64,000 bases of DNA from Paracoccaceae bacterium (GTDB lineage Bacteria; Pseudomonadota; Alphaproteobacteria; Rhodobacterales; Rhodobacteraceae): NCBI GenBank assembly GCA_028874915.1, contig JAPPHA010000116.1:138605-202604 (forward strand). The letters are read 5' to 3'. Shown one piece after another: positions 18,722-27,531 of this stretch. The position numbers and the translations under genes were made by a program. Position 1 is the stretch's first letter. Each line of letters starts with the position of its first letter. The notes beneath the pieces were generated by a model that was given only the letters and a program-made list of their open reading frames with translations, was not told the DNA's origin and did no database searches.

Positions 18722-19922
18722 TCAGGCGGCCCTCCGGTTGATTTCGCGGTTCACAGGCCCGTTGCCCCGGCAGCCTCCCCGCGCAGACGCCCCAGTCACC
18801 AAGGCCAGTATGTTCGCCGCTGCATTGAGATCGGCATGATCCGCATGGCAGCACGCCACGCACTCGAAACGATCCCGCCTCTTCCGTGATCCGGCGTCGA
18901 CGACGACGCACGATGCGCAGGTTCGGCTCGTATAGGCCGGGTCAACCGCCACGACACGGCGGGCCTTGTATTCAAGCATCCGTCGGAGACCGCCCCAGCC
19001 GGTCTCCAGGATCACCCGATTGAGACCGGCCTTCTGGCGCACGTTGCGCCCGGGCTCCTCCACCGTGCCCTTCGCACTCCGCGTCATGCCCGCCGTGTTC
19101 AGATCCTCGATCACCACGGTCCCCGCCGTGTTGGCGAGAGCGCGGCTGGTCCTGTGGTGCCAGTCATGACGTTTCATGGCGATGCGCCGTGTCGTCCTGG
19201 CCAACCGCTGGCGGGTCCGATCCCGCCTCCGGGAACCGCGCCTCTGTCGCGCAAGCTGCTTCCGATAGCGCCGAACGCGGGCATGGAGCCTTCGGGCATC
19301 CGGGGCCGGGAATATCCGTCGGTCACTCGTCGCAATCTGCCCCGCGTTCATGTCAACGCCCACGACATGGCCGTTGTCCGAACACTCCACCGCCGGGACA
19401 CGATAGCAGACCACCGCAGTCCATTTCCCACCCTCGCGCTTGAGCACAGCGCTGACGGGTTCGCCGTTGGCGTAAGGATCTCCGCCCCGGCGGCGGACAG
19501 TCATCCAGCCAAAGCCCGGAACGCGGATACGGCCGCCGTCGACTTGCACGCCCGAAACAATGCCGATGCTGTTGAAGCGGCGGTGTCCCTTGAACCGGGG
19601 AAAGCCCGCACCCGCCTGTCTTCACCCGCCGGAAGAACCCCTTGAAGGCCTCGTCCAGGCGCTTGAGAGTGCCCCGCTGGATCGCCACTGCGGTGTCAGC
19701 CATGCCGGGCAAGGCGCTGCGGCAGACCGTGAGCGACTTCGCCTGGTCGATGTAGGTGATCGACCGACCCGTCTTTCGGTAGCAGTCGATACGCTCCTCC
19801 AGCGCCGCGTTGTACAGCTGCCGCTGGGCCTCGAGCGTGCGGTCGAGCCAGCGCCAGTTCGACCTCTTCTGCGGAAGCAGCCGATAGGTGATGTTTCTGA
19901 ATTCTGTGGTATCGTCCGCCAC
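18722..19922 (-). pseudogene. tnpB: tnpB (IS605 OrfB-type RNA-guided nuclease) interrupted by one frameshift near 19607-19613
   Basis: ORF-track pieces 19353..19922 (MADDTTEFRNITYRLLPQ...AFKGFFRRVKTGG) and 18722..19549 belong to one gene. The second frame is open from 19621 and reads AGFPRFKGHRRFNSIGIVSGVQVDGG... Conserved elements are intact: RuvC-I GVDMNAG, RuvC-II VVIEDLN, zinc ribbon CASC...CVAC and RuvC-III HADLNAAANI. Confidence 0.88.
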
Positions 19923-19994
19923 GCGCGGTTGACCCTCCTACGGTCATTTGGTGTGGAGCAGCGCACGATGCTTCCCGCACGCGCGCACTACCAC

Positions 19995-20018
19995 CGTCAA
20001 CCTTTCTTTGTAAGTCCC
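19995..20018. repeat. terminal inverted repeat (tnpB 5'-proximal end) CGTCAACCTTTCTTTGTAAGTCCC
   Basis: Partner of 18695-18718 (22/24). Confidence 0.85.
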
Positions 20019-20026
20019 CTCCTGTT
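20019..20026. repeat. 8-bp direct repeat CTCCTGTT (putative target-site duplication, alkB-proximal copy)
   Basis: Identical to 18687-18694. The ninth base outward differs, so the repeat is exactly 8 bp. Confidence 0.75.
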
Positions 20027-20109
20027 CGCATCAAACTATTGATTCTCGCCTCGGCCAGGCACGCCACGGCCTGCGCATTTGCCCGGCCGCGGCCCTCCGG
20101 TGCCTCGGC

Positions 20110-20715
20110 TCAGTCGACGACCCGAAGTGTGATGTTGATACGGCCACCGGTCGGAAGCAGGTCTGAACTTCCGAAACGGATCCGGTCGATACCGTGATAC
20201 AGCCTTCGGGCCGGTCCGCGCAGAATCGCGACATCGCCTGATTCCAGCCAGGTCGACTCGGTCCGGCCGCCACGCGTCAGGTTGCCAATCCGGAACAGGG
20301 CCGCGTCACCGAGCGAGATCGAGACGACGGGCCATGAGAAGTCTTTCTCGTCGTTGTCCCGGTGCATCCCCATGCGGGCACCATCCCCATAGTAGTTGAT
20401 CAGGCAACAATCCGGCGCCCGGGTCTCCGAACCGTGTCGCCGCCAGACTGCGAGCACCGATTCCGGGATGTCTGGCCATGGCTCGCCCGCAGGATGGAGA
20501 TTTTCGTAGCGGTAACCCCGGCGATCCGAAACCCATCCGAGCGTCCCGGCCGATGTCATTCGAACAGACATCGGGCGGCCCCGGGGCGTTGTCGGCGAGA
20601 ACAGCGGAGCCTGTTTCACAACCGTCCTGAGGTCGTCCACAATCTGCGCCTGAGCCCGCCGGTCCAGTTCCGACCGGCAGATTTCGGCTTCGCGAATCCG
20701 GATGACGTCCTGCAT
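20110..20715 (-). CDS. alkB: alpha-ketoglutarate-dependent dioxygenase AlkB (DNA/RNA alkylation repair)
   Basis: ORF track 20110..20715. Contains CLINYYGDGARMGMHRDNDE (HxD iron ligands) and RRLYHGIDRI...GRINITLRVV, typical AlkB. Confidence 0.88.
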   Translation of the reverse strand: MQDVIRIREAEICRSELDRRAQAQIVDDLRTVVKQAPLFSPTTPRGRPMSVRMTSAGTLGWVSDRRGYRYENLHPAGEPWPDIPESVLAVWRRHGSETRAPDCCLINYYGDGARMGMHRDNDEKDFSWPVVSISLGDAALFRIGNLTRGGRTESTWLESGDVAILRGPARRLYHGIDRIRFGSSDLLPTGGRINITLRVVD

Positions 20716-20913
20716 GATTTTGGCCGCTCCTTTCTCGCGGGCGCGCCGGTCGGTTTGTCAGGAACCGTCCGGGACTGCAACGGGACCCGGAATGCCCGAC
20801 GGATCGTGACACGACCGTCATTTGCCGGCAAAGACGGCGACGGCTGGTCTTCGGGTCTCGGTGCTGACCTTCCCAGGTTGGCCTTGGGCCGGGCGTCAGA
20901 TTTCCTGGCTACG

Positions 20914-20942
20914 CTTGAAGGGTCAGTGAAGCGTACCTATAT
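20914..20942 (+). promoter_or_regulatory. candidate RpoH (sigma-32)-type heat-shock promoter of dnaK
   Basis: CTTGAA (20914-20919), a 16-nt spacer, then CCTATAT (20936-20942), about 165 nt upstream of the dnaK ATG. This resembles the alphaproteobacterial CTTG-N17-CCTATNT consensus recalled from the literature. Confidence 0.5.
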
Positions 20943-21106
20943 AGCCCGGTGAACGCGGCCGACGCATTCCCGGCATGACTGGACCGTGACCGGTCGTCCG
21001 GATCGGACAGCCGATCGCCGGCCCTGCCGGGTGCGGCAAACATGGGCTCGGGAATTCGGACAGCGGAATGCGGACCGCGGCAGAGTCGAAGGGACAAGGA
21101 ATCAAG

Positions 21107-23026
21107 ATGTCAAGAGTCATTGGAATCGATCTCGGTACGACGAACTCCTGCGTTGCCGTCATGGACGGGACGCAGCCACGGGTTGTCGAAAACTCCGAGG
21201 GTTCGCGGACGACCCCGTCGATCGTGGCGTTCACGGACGAGGAAAGACTGGTTGGCCAGGCCGCCAAGCGGCAGGCGGTGACCAATCCCGAAAACACGCT
21301 GTTTGCCATCAAACGGCTCATCGGCCGTCAGATCGGCGATCCGGTCATCAAGCGCGACACCAAGACGCTGCCCTTCACGATTGCCGATGGCGGAAACGGC
21401 GATGCCTGGGTCGAGGTCATGGGCGAAAAATTCTCGCCGTCGCAGATTTCGGCATTCATTCTCCAGAAAATGAAGGAGACAGCCGAAGACTATCTTGGCG
21501 AGGCTGTCACCAACGCCGTCATTACCGTGCCGGCCTACTTCAACGATGCCCAGCGCCAGGCCACAAAGGATGCCGGCAAGATCGCGGGTCTCGAGGTTCG
21601 CCGAATCATCAATGAACCGACCGCGGCAGCGCTGGCCTACGGGCTCGACAAGGAAGGCGGCAAGACCATTGCCGTCTACGATCTCGGAGGCGGAACCTTC
21701 GACATTTCCATTCTCGAGATCGACGACGGGCTGTTCGAAGTGAAGTCGACCAACGGCGATACGGCGCTCGGCGGTGAAGACTTCGATCTTAGAGTCGTCG
21801 AGTACCTGGCATCCGAGTTCAAGAAGGAAAACGGCGTCGACCTGACAAAGGACAAGATGGCCCTGCAGCGGCTGAAGGAAGCGGCCGAGAAAGCGAAAAT
21901 CGAACTGTCATCTTCGCAGCAAACGGAGATCAACCAGCCGTTCATTTCCATGGATCCCTCAAGCGGGCAGCCGCTTCATCTGGTGATCAAGCTGACGCGT
22001 GCCAAGCTCGAATCGCTCGTCGAGGATCTGATTGCGCGTTCGATGAAACCTTGCCAGTCGGCGCTCAAGGATGCCGGCATCATCAAGGCCGACATCGATG
22101 AGGTGGTCCTCGTCGGTGGCATGACCCGCATGCCAAAGGTCATCGAGGAAGTGACCCGTTTCTTCGGGAAGGATCCGCACAAGGGCGTCAATCCGGATGA
22201 GGTCGTGGCCATGGGCGCGGCCATCCAGGCCGGCGTTCTGCAGGGCGACGTCAAGGACGTCATACTGCTCGACGTCACTCCACTCTCCCTCGGCATCGAG
22301 ACCCTTGGCGGCGTTTTCACCCGGCTGATCGAAAGGAACACCACCATACCGACCCGGAAGTCCCAGGTCTTCTCGACGGCCGACGACAACCAGAATGCCG
22401 TGACAATCCGGGTGTTCCAGGGCGAACGGCAGATGGCCACCGACAACAAGCTTCTCGGCCAGTTCAACCTCGAGGAGATTCCGCCGGCACCACGCGGCGT
22501 GCCGCAAATCGAGGTCACTTTCGACATTGATGCGAATGGAATCGTGTCCGTTTCGGCAAAGGACAAGGGGACCAACAAGGAACAGAAGATCACCATTCAG
22601 GCCTCGGGTGGCCTTTCCGAGGATGACATCGAACGCATGGTCAAGGATGCGGAGGAAAACGCCGAGGCCGACAAGGAACGTCGCGAACTTGCGGAAGCCA
22701 GGAATCAGGCTGAGTCGCTGATCCATGGCACCGAAAAGTCGCTTGCCGAGCATTCTGACAAGGTTGATCCGGCAACGGTCGAGGTGATTGAACTGGCTGT
22801 CAAGGCGCTCAAGGAATCGCTGGAAGGCGGGGATGCCGAGACCATAAAGTCGTTGACCAGTGACCTCGTCGAAGCGTCCATGAAACTCGGGGAAGCAGTC
22901 TACAAGGCCCAGGCCGAGAGCGAAGAAGGTCCGCAGCCGGATGGCGATGACGGCGAAACACGTCCGGTGGACGACGACATCGTCGATGCGGAATTCGAGG
23001 ATCTCGACAAGGGAAAGAAGTCCTGA
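21107..23026 (+). CDS. dnaK: molecular chaperone DnaK (Hsp70)
   Basis: ORF track 21068..23026. Start trimmed to ATG at 21107 ([21 protein letters not shown]...), 639 aa, Hsp70 signatures throughout. Confidence 0.98.
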   Translation: MSRVIGIDLGTTNSCVAVMDGTQPRVVENSEGSRTTPSIVAFTDEERLVGQAAKRQAVTNPENTLFAIKRLIGRQIGDPVIKRDTKTLPFTIADGGNGDAWVEVMGEKFSPSQISAFILQKMKETAEDYLGEAVTNAVITVPAYFNDAQRQATKDAGKIAGLEVRRIINEPTAAALAYGLDKEGGKTIAVYDLGGGTFDISILEIDDGLFEVKSTNGDTALGGEDFDLRVVEYLASEFKKENGVDLTKDKMALQRLKEAAEKAKIELSSSQQTEINQPFISMDPSSGQPLHLVIKLTRAKLESLVEDLIARSMKPCQSALKDAGIIKADIDEVVLVGGMTRMPKVIEEVTRFFGKDPHKGVNPDEVVAMGAAIQAGVLQGDVKDVILLDVTPLSLGIETLGGVFTRLIERNTTIPTRKSQVFSTADDNQNAVTIRVFQGERQMATDNKLLGQFNLEEIPPAPRGVPQIEVTFDIDANGIVSVSAKDKGTNKEQKITIQASGGLSEDDIERMVKDAEENAEADKERRELAEARNQAESLIHGTEKSLAEHSDKVDPATVEVIELAVKALKESLEGGDAETIKSLTSDLVEASMKLGEAVYKAQAESEEGPQPDGDDGETRPVDDDIVDAEFEDLDKGKKS

Positions 23027-23098
23027 TCCCCACAGGATGACGGAACGCCCCGCCGGCCCTCGCGGGTCCGGCGGGGCGTTGGCGTCAGGCAGACGCTC

Positions 23099-24229
23099 AT
23101 GGCGAAACGCGACTACTATGATGTTCTCGGAGTCCAGCGGGGCGCCAGCGATGCCGACATCAAGAAGGCCTATCGCAAGAAGGCCATGGAGTTGCACCCT
23201 GACCGGAACAAGGACAATCCGGATTCCGAACGGCTGTTCAAGGAGATCAACGAGGCCAATGACGTTCTGAAGGATCCCGAGAAAAAGGCCGCCTATGACC
23301 GGTTCGGTCATGCCGCATTCGAGGGCGGGGGGCCGGGCGCCGGAGCCGGAGGCGCCGATTTCGCGTCCGCCTTCTCCAATGTTTTCGAGGATTTCTTCGG
23401 CGATTTTATGGGGGGCAACCAGACCCGCAGTCGCCGGGCAATGCGCGGGTCGGACCTCCGCTACAACCTGCGCGTGTCCCTCGAAACGGCATTTTCCGGC
23501 ACCGAGGAACGGCTGTCGATCACGGGCTCCACTGCCTGCGAACGCTGTTCCGGGTCCGGGTCCCGGGGTGGATCGGAGCCCGCCAGCTGCCCGACCTGTA
23601 ACGGTCGCGGGCAGGTTCGGGCTCAGCAGGGGTTCTTCACTGTCGAACGAACCTGCCCGACCTGCCACGGGCAGGGGAACGTGATTTCCGATCCGTGCCG
23701 GTTTTGCAGCGGAAGCGGACGGCAGGACCGCGAACGGGCGCTCAGTGTCCGGGTTCCTCCGGGCGTCGAGACCGGAACGCGCATCCGACTTGCCGGCGAG
23801 GGGGAAGCCGGGCTTCGAGGCGGGCCGCCCGGTGATCTCTACATCTTCATCGAGGTCGCCGATCACGCACTGTTCGAACGCGACGGCACCAATCTGCTGT
23901 GCCGGGTTCCGGTATCAATGATCACGGCGGCGTTGGGTGGCGAGATCGAGATTCCGACGATTGATGGCGGAAAAAGCCTGGTCAGGATTCCGCCTGGTAC
24001 CCAGGCCGGGCGGCAGCTGCGATTGAGGGGCAAGGGCATGCCCGGGTTGCGAGACAGCCGGCGGGGAGACCTGTTCCTGGACCTGGCTGTCGAGACGCCG
24101 GTCAATCTGACGCCACGGCAGTCGGAACTCCTCCGTCAGTTCGAATCCGCCGGTGACGACAACAACCCGGATGTCACAGGCTTTGGCCGAACCATCCGAC
24201 AGTTCTGGGACCGGGTGAAGTCCGGCTGA
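23099..24229 (+). CDS. dnaJ: molecular chaperone DnaJ (Hsp40)
   Basis: ORF track 23099..24229. It has the J domain with HPD ([10 protein letters not shown]), a G/F region and four CxxCxGxG zinc repeats ([32 protein letters not shown]). Confidence 0.97.
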   Translation: MAKRDYYDVLGVQRGASDADIKKAYRKKAMELHPDRNKDNPDSERLFKEINEANDVLKDPEKKAAYDRFGHAAFEGGGPGAGAGGADFASAFSNVFEDFFGDFMGGNQTRSRRAMRGSDLRYNLRVSLETAFSGTEERLSITGSTACERCSGSGSRGGSEPASCPTCNGRGQVRAQQGFFTVERTCPTCHGQGNVISDPCRFCSGSGRQDRERALSVRVPPGVETGTRIRLAGEGEAGLRGGPPGDLYIFIEVADHALFERDGTNLLCRVPVSMITAALGGEIEIPTIDGGKSLVRIPPGTQAGRQLRLRGKGMPGLRDSRRGDLFLDLAVETPVNLTPRQSELLRQFESAGDDNNPDVTGFGRTIRQFWDRVKSG

Positions 24230-24238
24230 AGGCTGTAT

Positions 24239-24264
24239 GGGCTGCCGGCTCGCCGGCAATGCCC
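24239..24264. terminator. GC-rich hairpin between convergent dnaJ and maeB (possible bidirectional terminator)
   Basis: GGGC-TGCCGG-CTCG-CCGGCA-AT-GCCC read directly. There is no flanking T-run, so function as an intrinsic terminator is uncertain. Confidence 0.3.
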
Positions 24265-24298
24265 AGGCGGCTCAGCCCGGAAGTCCGGCAGGTGCGCA

Positions 24299-26557
24299 TC
24301 ATTCTGCCTCGCCCGAGGCGAACACTGCCATGTTCATGATGTCGTTGACGGTCGAGTTTGCCGAGCAGAGCTTGACCGGTTTGTCGATCCCCGAGAGGAT
24401 GGGCCCGATTATCGTTGCGCCTCCCATCTCCTGCATCAGTTTCGTCGAGATCGAAGCCGAGTGCCGGGCGGGAACCACCAGAATATTCGCCGGCCCGGAC
24501 AACCGGCAGAACGGATACTGCTGCATCACTTCGGAATTCAGCGCAACATCGACCGTCATTTCTCCGTCATACTCGAAGTCGACGCCCCGGCGATCCAGAA
24601 CGCCGGGCGCGAGCAACATTTTCTCTGCCCGCTCCGAAACCGGATACCCGAAATTGGAAAAGCTCACGAAGGCGACCCGGGGTTCGATCCCGATGCTTCG
24701 CGCGACGCCTGCGGCCCGTTCGGCAATATCTGCCAGGTCTTCCGGTTCCGGCCATTCGTGGACCAGCGTATCTGCGATCATGACAATCCGACCCCGAGTC
24801 AGGAGGACCGAGATCCCAACGGCGCCATCGCCGGGCCCGACGTCGAAGACGTAATTGATCAGATTTAGAATGTTGGCGGACTTCCGGGTGGCGCCTGTGA
24901 TCATTCCGTCGGCATGACCGTGCGCTACCATCAGCGACGAGAAGACATGACGGTCGCGTGACGCCAAGCGATGACAGTCGGTCTGGTCGTATCCCTTTCG
25001 CTGCAGCCGCCGGTAGAGAAACGACTTGTAGGTCTCAAGGTGGTCGGTCATGGCAGCATTCGTGATTTCGACATCGCCGACCGCATTGCCGAGTCCCTGG
25101 GACTCCAGCCGCCGGACGACATCGTCCTTCCGGCCGACGATGACGGCCTGACCAAGACCCTGCCGCGCATAAACCACTGCGGCGCGGACCACGCGGTCAT
25201 CATTACCCTCGGCGAAGACGATCCGGGCTTGCCGGTTCCGCGCCCGGGCATAAAGCCCCTGCAGAATTGATGCGGTCGGGTCGAGCCGTGACTTCAGGTC
25301 CAGTACATAGGATTCCATGTCGGCAATCGGCCGGCGGGCGACGCCGGTCTCCATTCCTGCCCGTGCCACGGCCGGCGGAACCACATGAATCAGCCGGGGA
25401 TCAAACGGTGTTGGAATGATGTATTCCGGACCGAAGCGGAGTTTCCGACCATAGGCCATTGCAACTTCATCCGGAACATCCTGCCGCGCCAGTTCGGCCA
25501 GGGCCTCGGCGCAGGCGATCTTCATCTCGTCATTGATGGCCCGGGCGTGGATGTCGAGGGCGCCCCGGAAAAGATAGGGAAATCCAAGGACATTGTTTAC
25601 CTGGTTCGGATAGTCCGAACGACCGGTCGCAACAATCGCGTCTGACCGAACGGATCGGGCCTCTTCCGGAGTGATTTCCGGGTCCGGGTTGGCCATCGCG
25701 AAAATCACGGGATTCGGGGCCATGGACTCAAGCATCGATTGAGTGACGGCCCCCTTGGCCGAAACCCCGAGGAACACGTCAGCGCCGACCATGGCCTGAT
25801 CAAGTGTCCGCAGGTCGGTTGCCGTGGCATGCGCGGACTTCCACGGATTCATCCCTTCGGTCCGGCCCTTGTAGATCACGCCACGCGTATCGCAAGCGAT
25901 GCAGTTTTCCGGCCGCGCGCCCATCGTTTTGATCAGTTCCAGGCAGGCGATGCCAGCCGCACCGGCACCGCTCAACACAATCCTGCAGTCGCCAATGAGC
26001 TTGCCTGAGATCATCAACGCGTTGATCAAACCTGCGGCACAGATAACCGCGGTCCCGTGCTGGTCGTCGTGAAACACCGGAATGTCCATCTCGGCCTTCA
26101 GGCGCTGTTCAATGATGAAACAGTCCGGAGCCCGGATGTCCTCGAGGTTGATTCCACCGAAACCGGTCCCGAGCAGACGGACGGCGTTGATGAACTGTTC
26201 CGGATCCTCGGTCGCGAGTTCAATGTCGATGGAATTGATGTCGGCGAAACGCTTGAACAGGGCTGCCTTTCCTTCCATGACCGGTTTGGAGGCCAGCGCC
26301 CCGAGATTGCCCAGTCCGAGAATGGCGGTTCCATTGGAAACCACCGCTACCATGTTGCCTTTGGTCGTATAGTCGAACGCCAGTTCAGGATTTCCGGCGA
26401 TTTCCTGGACAGGAACCGCCACACCCGGTGAATAGGCGAGTGACAGGTCCCGTTGGGTTGCCATTGGGCAGGACGCAATCACCTCAAGTTTGCCTGGCCT
26501 GGGTTCCTGATGGTACTGGAGGCTTTCCTCCGGTGTGAATCGCGTGTTCTGGCTCAT
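24299..26557 (-). CDS. maeB: NADP-dependent malic enzyme (malic enzyme plus PTA-like C-terminal domain)
   Basis: ORF track 24299..26635. Start trimmed to ATG at 26557 (MSQNTRFTPEESLQYHQEPRPGKLEVI...DLSLAYSPGVA), 752 aa. The N-terminal half is malic enzyme and the C-terminal half is phosphotransacetylase-like. Confidence 0.93.
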   Translation of the reverse strand: MSQNTRFTPEESLQYHQEPRPGKLEVIASCPMATQRDLSLAYSPGVAVPVQEIAGNPELAFDYTTKGNMVAVVSNGTAILGLGNLGALASKPVMEGKAALFKRFADINSIDIELATEDPEQFINAVRLLGTGFGGINLEDIRAPDCFIIEQRLKAEMDIPVFHDDQHGTAVICAAGLINALMISGKLIGDCRIVLSGAGAAGIACLELIKTMGARPENCIACDTRGVIYKGRTEGMNPWKSAHATATDLRTLDQAMVGADVFLGVSAKGAVTQSMLESMAPNPVIFAMANPDPEITPEEARSVRSDAIVATGRSDYPNQVNNVLGFPYLFRGALDIHARAINDEMKIACAEALAELARQDVPDEVAMAYGRKLRFGPEYIIPTPFDPRLIHVVPPAVARAGMETGVARRPIADMESYVLDLKSRLDPTASILQGLYARARNRQARIVFAEGNDDRVVRAAVVYARQGLGQAVIVGRKDDVVRRLESQGLGNAVGDVEITNAAMTDHLETYKSFLYRRLQRKGYDQTDCHRLASRDRHVFSSLMVAHGHADGMITGATRKSANILNLINYVFDVGPGDGAVGISVLLTRGRIVMIADTLVHEWPEPEDLADIAERAAGVARSIGIEPRVAFVSFSNFGYPVSERAEKMLLAPGVLDRRGVDFEYDGEMTVDVALNSEVMQQYPFCRLSGPANILVVPARHSASISTKLMQEMGGATIIGPILSGIDKPVKLCSANSTVNDIMNMAVFASGEAE

Positions 26558-27357
26558 ATCCGGGCCTTCAGTCTGAGTCGGAAGCGGAATCCGTTTCCTG
26601 TCGGTCCCTCTTGAGGGAAAGCATGCGGAGGACAAGCGGAATCACTCGAAACTATAGTTGTTGTCGTGTCTTCCGGCAAAACAATTCCCGAAACGCGTCC
26701 CGAAGTGCCGAAACCAAACCGTTCAAAGGGGATTCCACAGGTCCCGGTTCCGCACCAGAATCGTTCAATCATCTCGACCACGCCTGCATTTCGGGTTCCG
26801 AGAACCGCCGCCGCCATGGTCGATTGGCCCGTGCCCGACCGGCTGGCCCTGTCCAAACGAAGGCGAATTCGGACGCCGATTGCACCGAGGTCAGGCGTCT
26901 TGTTGCTGTGCAGCCATGCCCGGTTCGGATTTCGGGCGACATGATCTCTCGAATCACCCGCCGGTTCCCTGATTGAGACTGACCTCGTGTGTCCAGGTCC
27001 AGCAGCCAGTCTCGCAGTTCTTTCGGGTACCTCTATCGTTGACCATTTCCAGAGGCGGAGACCGGCGGCCAGGATATGGGTATTCCCGGTGGTCAGGGCG
27101 TTGGCTGGGTTGGTTGACGGTTGCGGCACTCTCGTTTTTTGCTGTCTTGGACACGGTTTCGTCGAGCGAGGGCGGCAATCGGAATCCCTGTCCGGGATGA
27201 AGGGGACAATTGTGTCGTTCTGAGAGTGCGACGGACCTGCTGGAAACGCAGGTTAACGGAATCCCACCGCCGCAACGCGGTCGGTCCTTGCCCCCTTCAC
27301 GCCGGGGACATCCGCCTCCAAACGGAATATTCGACGCCAACCAATTCCGGAATAACC

Positions 27358-27436
27358 CGCGAAACCACGACATGCCAATTGACTTTATGAGACCCGAAAC
27401 CTCGACAAAACCGAAACCTTGACGCGAAACTTCGAG
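27358..27436 (+). repeat. four direct copies of a 14-mer CSCGAAACYWYGAS upstream of the ABC importer
   Basis: CGCGAAACCACGAC (27358-27371), CCCGAAACCTCGAC (27393-27406), ACCGAAACCTTGAC (27410-27423) and CGCGAAACTTCGAG (27423-27436), all on the + strand, 96-174 bp upstream of the ATG at 27532. Confidence 0.7.
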
Positions 27437-27531
27437 ATTTCTATCCTGCCAAGAGTTTGGAATGGCTCCAAGCTTGAAGCATGCTTTTTTAAACGGCGTG
27501 GTTCTCGATGCATAAACGAGGAGGGTTAATC

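Larger units (their letters stand above)
18695..20018 (-). mobile_element. 1,324-bp tnpB-only insertion element with 24-bp TIRs and 8-bp flanking duplication
   Basis: Delimited by the TIR pair and the CTCCTGTT duplication. The only coding content is a frameshifted tnpB. No tnpA (Y1 or serine recombinase) or DDE transposase gene lies inside or adjacent. Confidence 0.8.

Noticed and set aside
20030-20043. TTGAT words next to the tnpB element (minus-strand TTGAT at 20034-20030, plus-strand TTGAT at 20039-20043) as an ISDra2-like TAM or insertion motif.
   Set aside because: They lie 4-13 bp outside the duplication rather than abutting the element end. The element shows TIRs plus a TSD rather than IS605-type ends, so calling this a TAM would be over-interpretation.
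27124-27141. Sigma-54-like promoter GGCAC...TTGC.
   Set aside because: The GG-to-GC spacing is 16 nt instead of the required 12, so it does not fit the -24/-12 geometry.
27190-27275. TPP (THI-box) riboswitch-like string upstream of the ABC importer: AGGGGAC...CTGAGA...ACCTGCTGGAAACGCAGG.
   Set aside because: Only the CUGAGA and ACCUG words match. The P2/P3 pairing partners (a CCC tract after CUGAGA) and the conserved GCGUAGGGA-type 3' segment are absent, and the proposed P3 has no loop. It is not a credible THI element by eye. An Infernal scan would be decisive.
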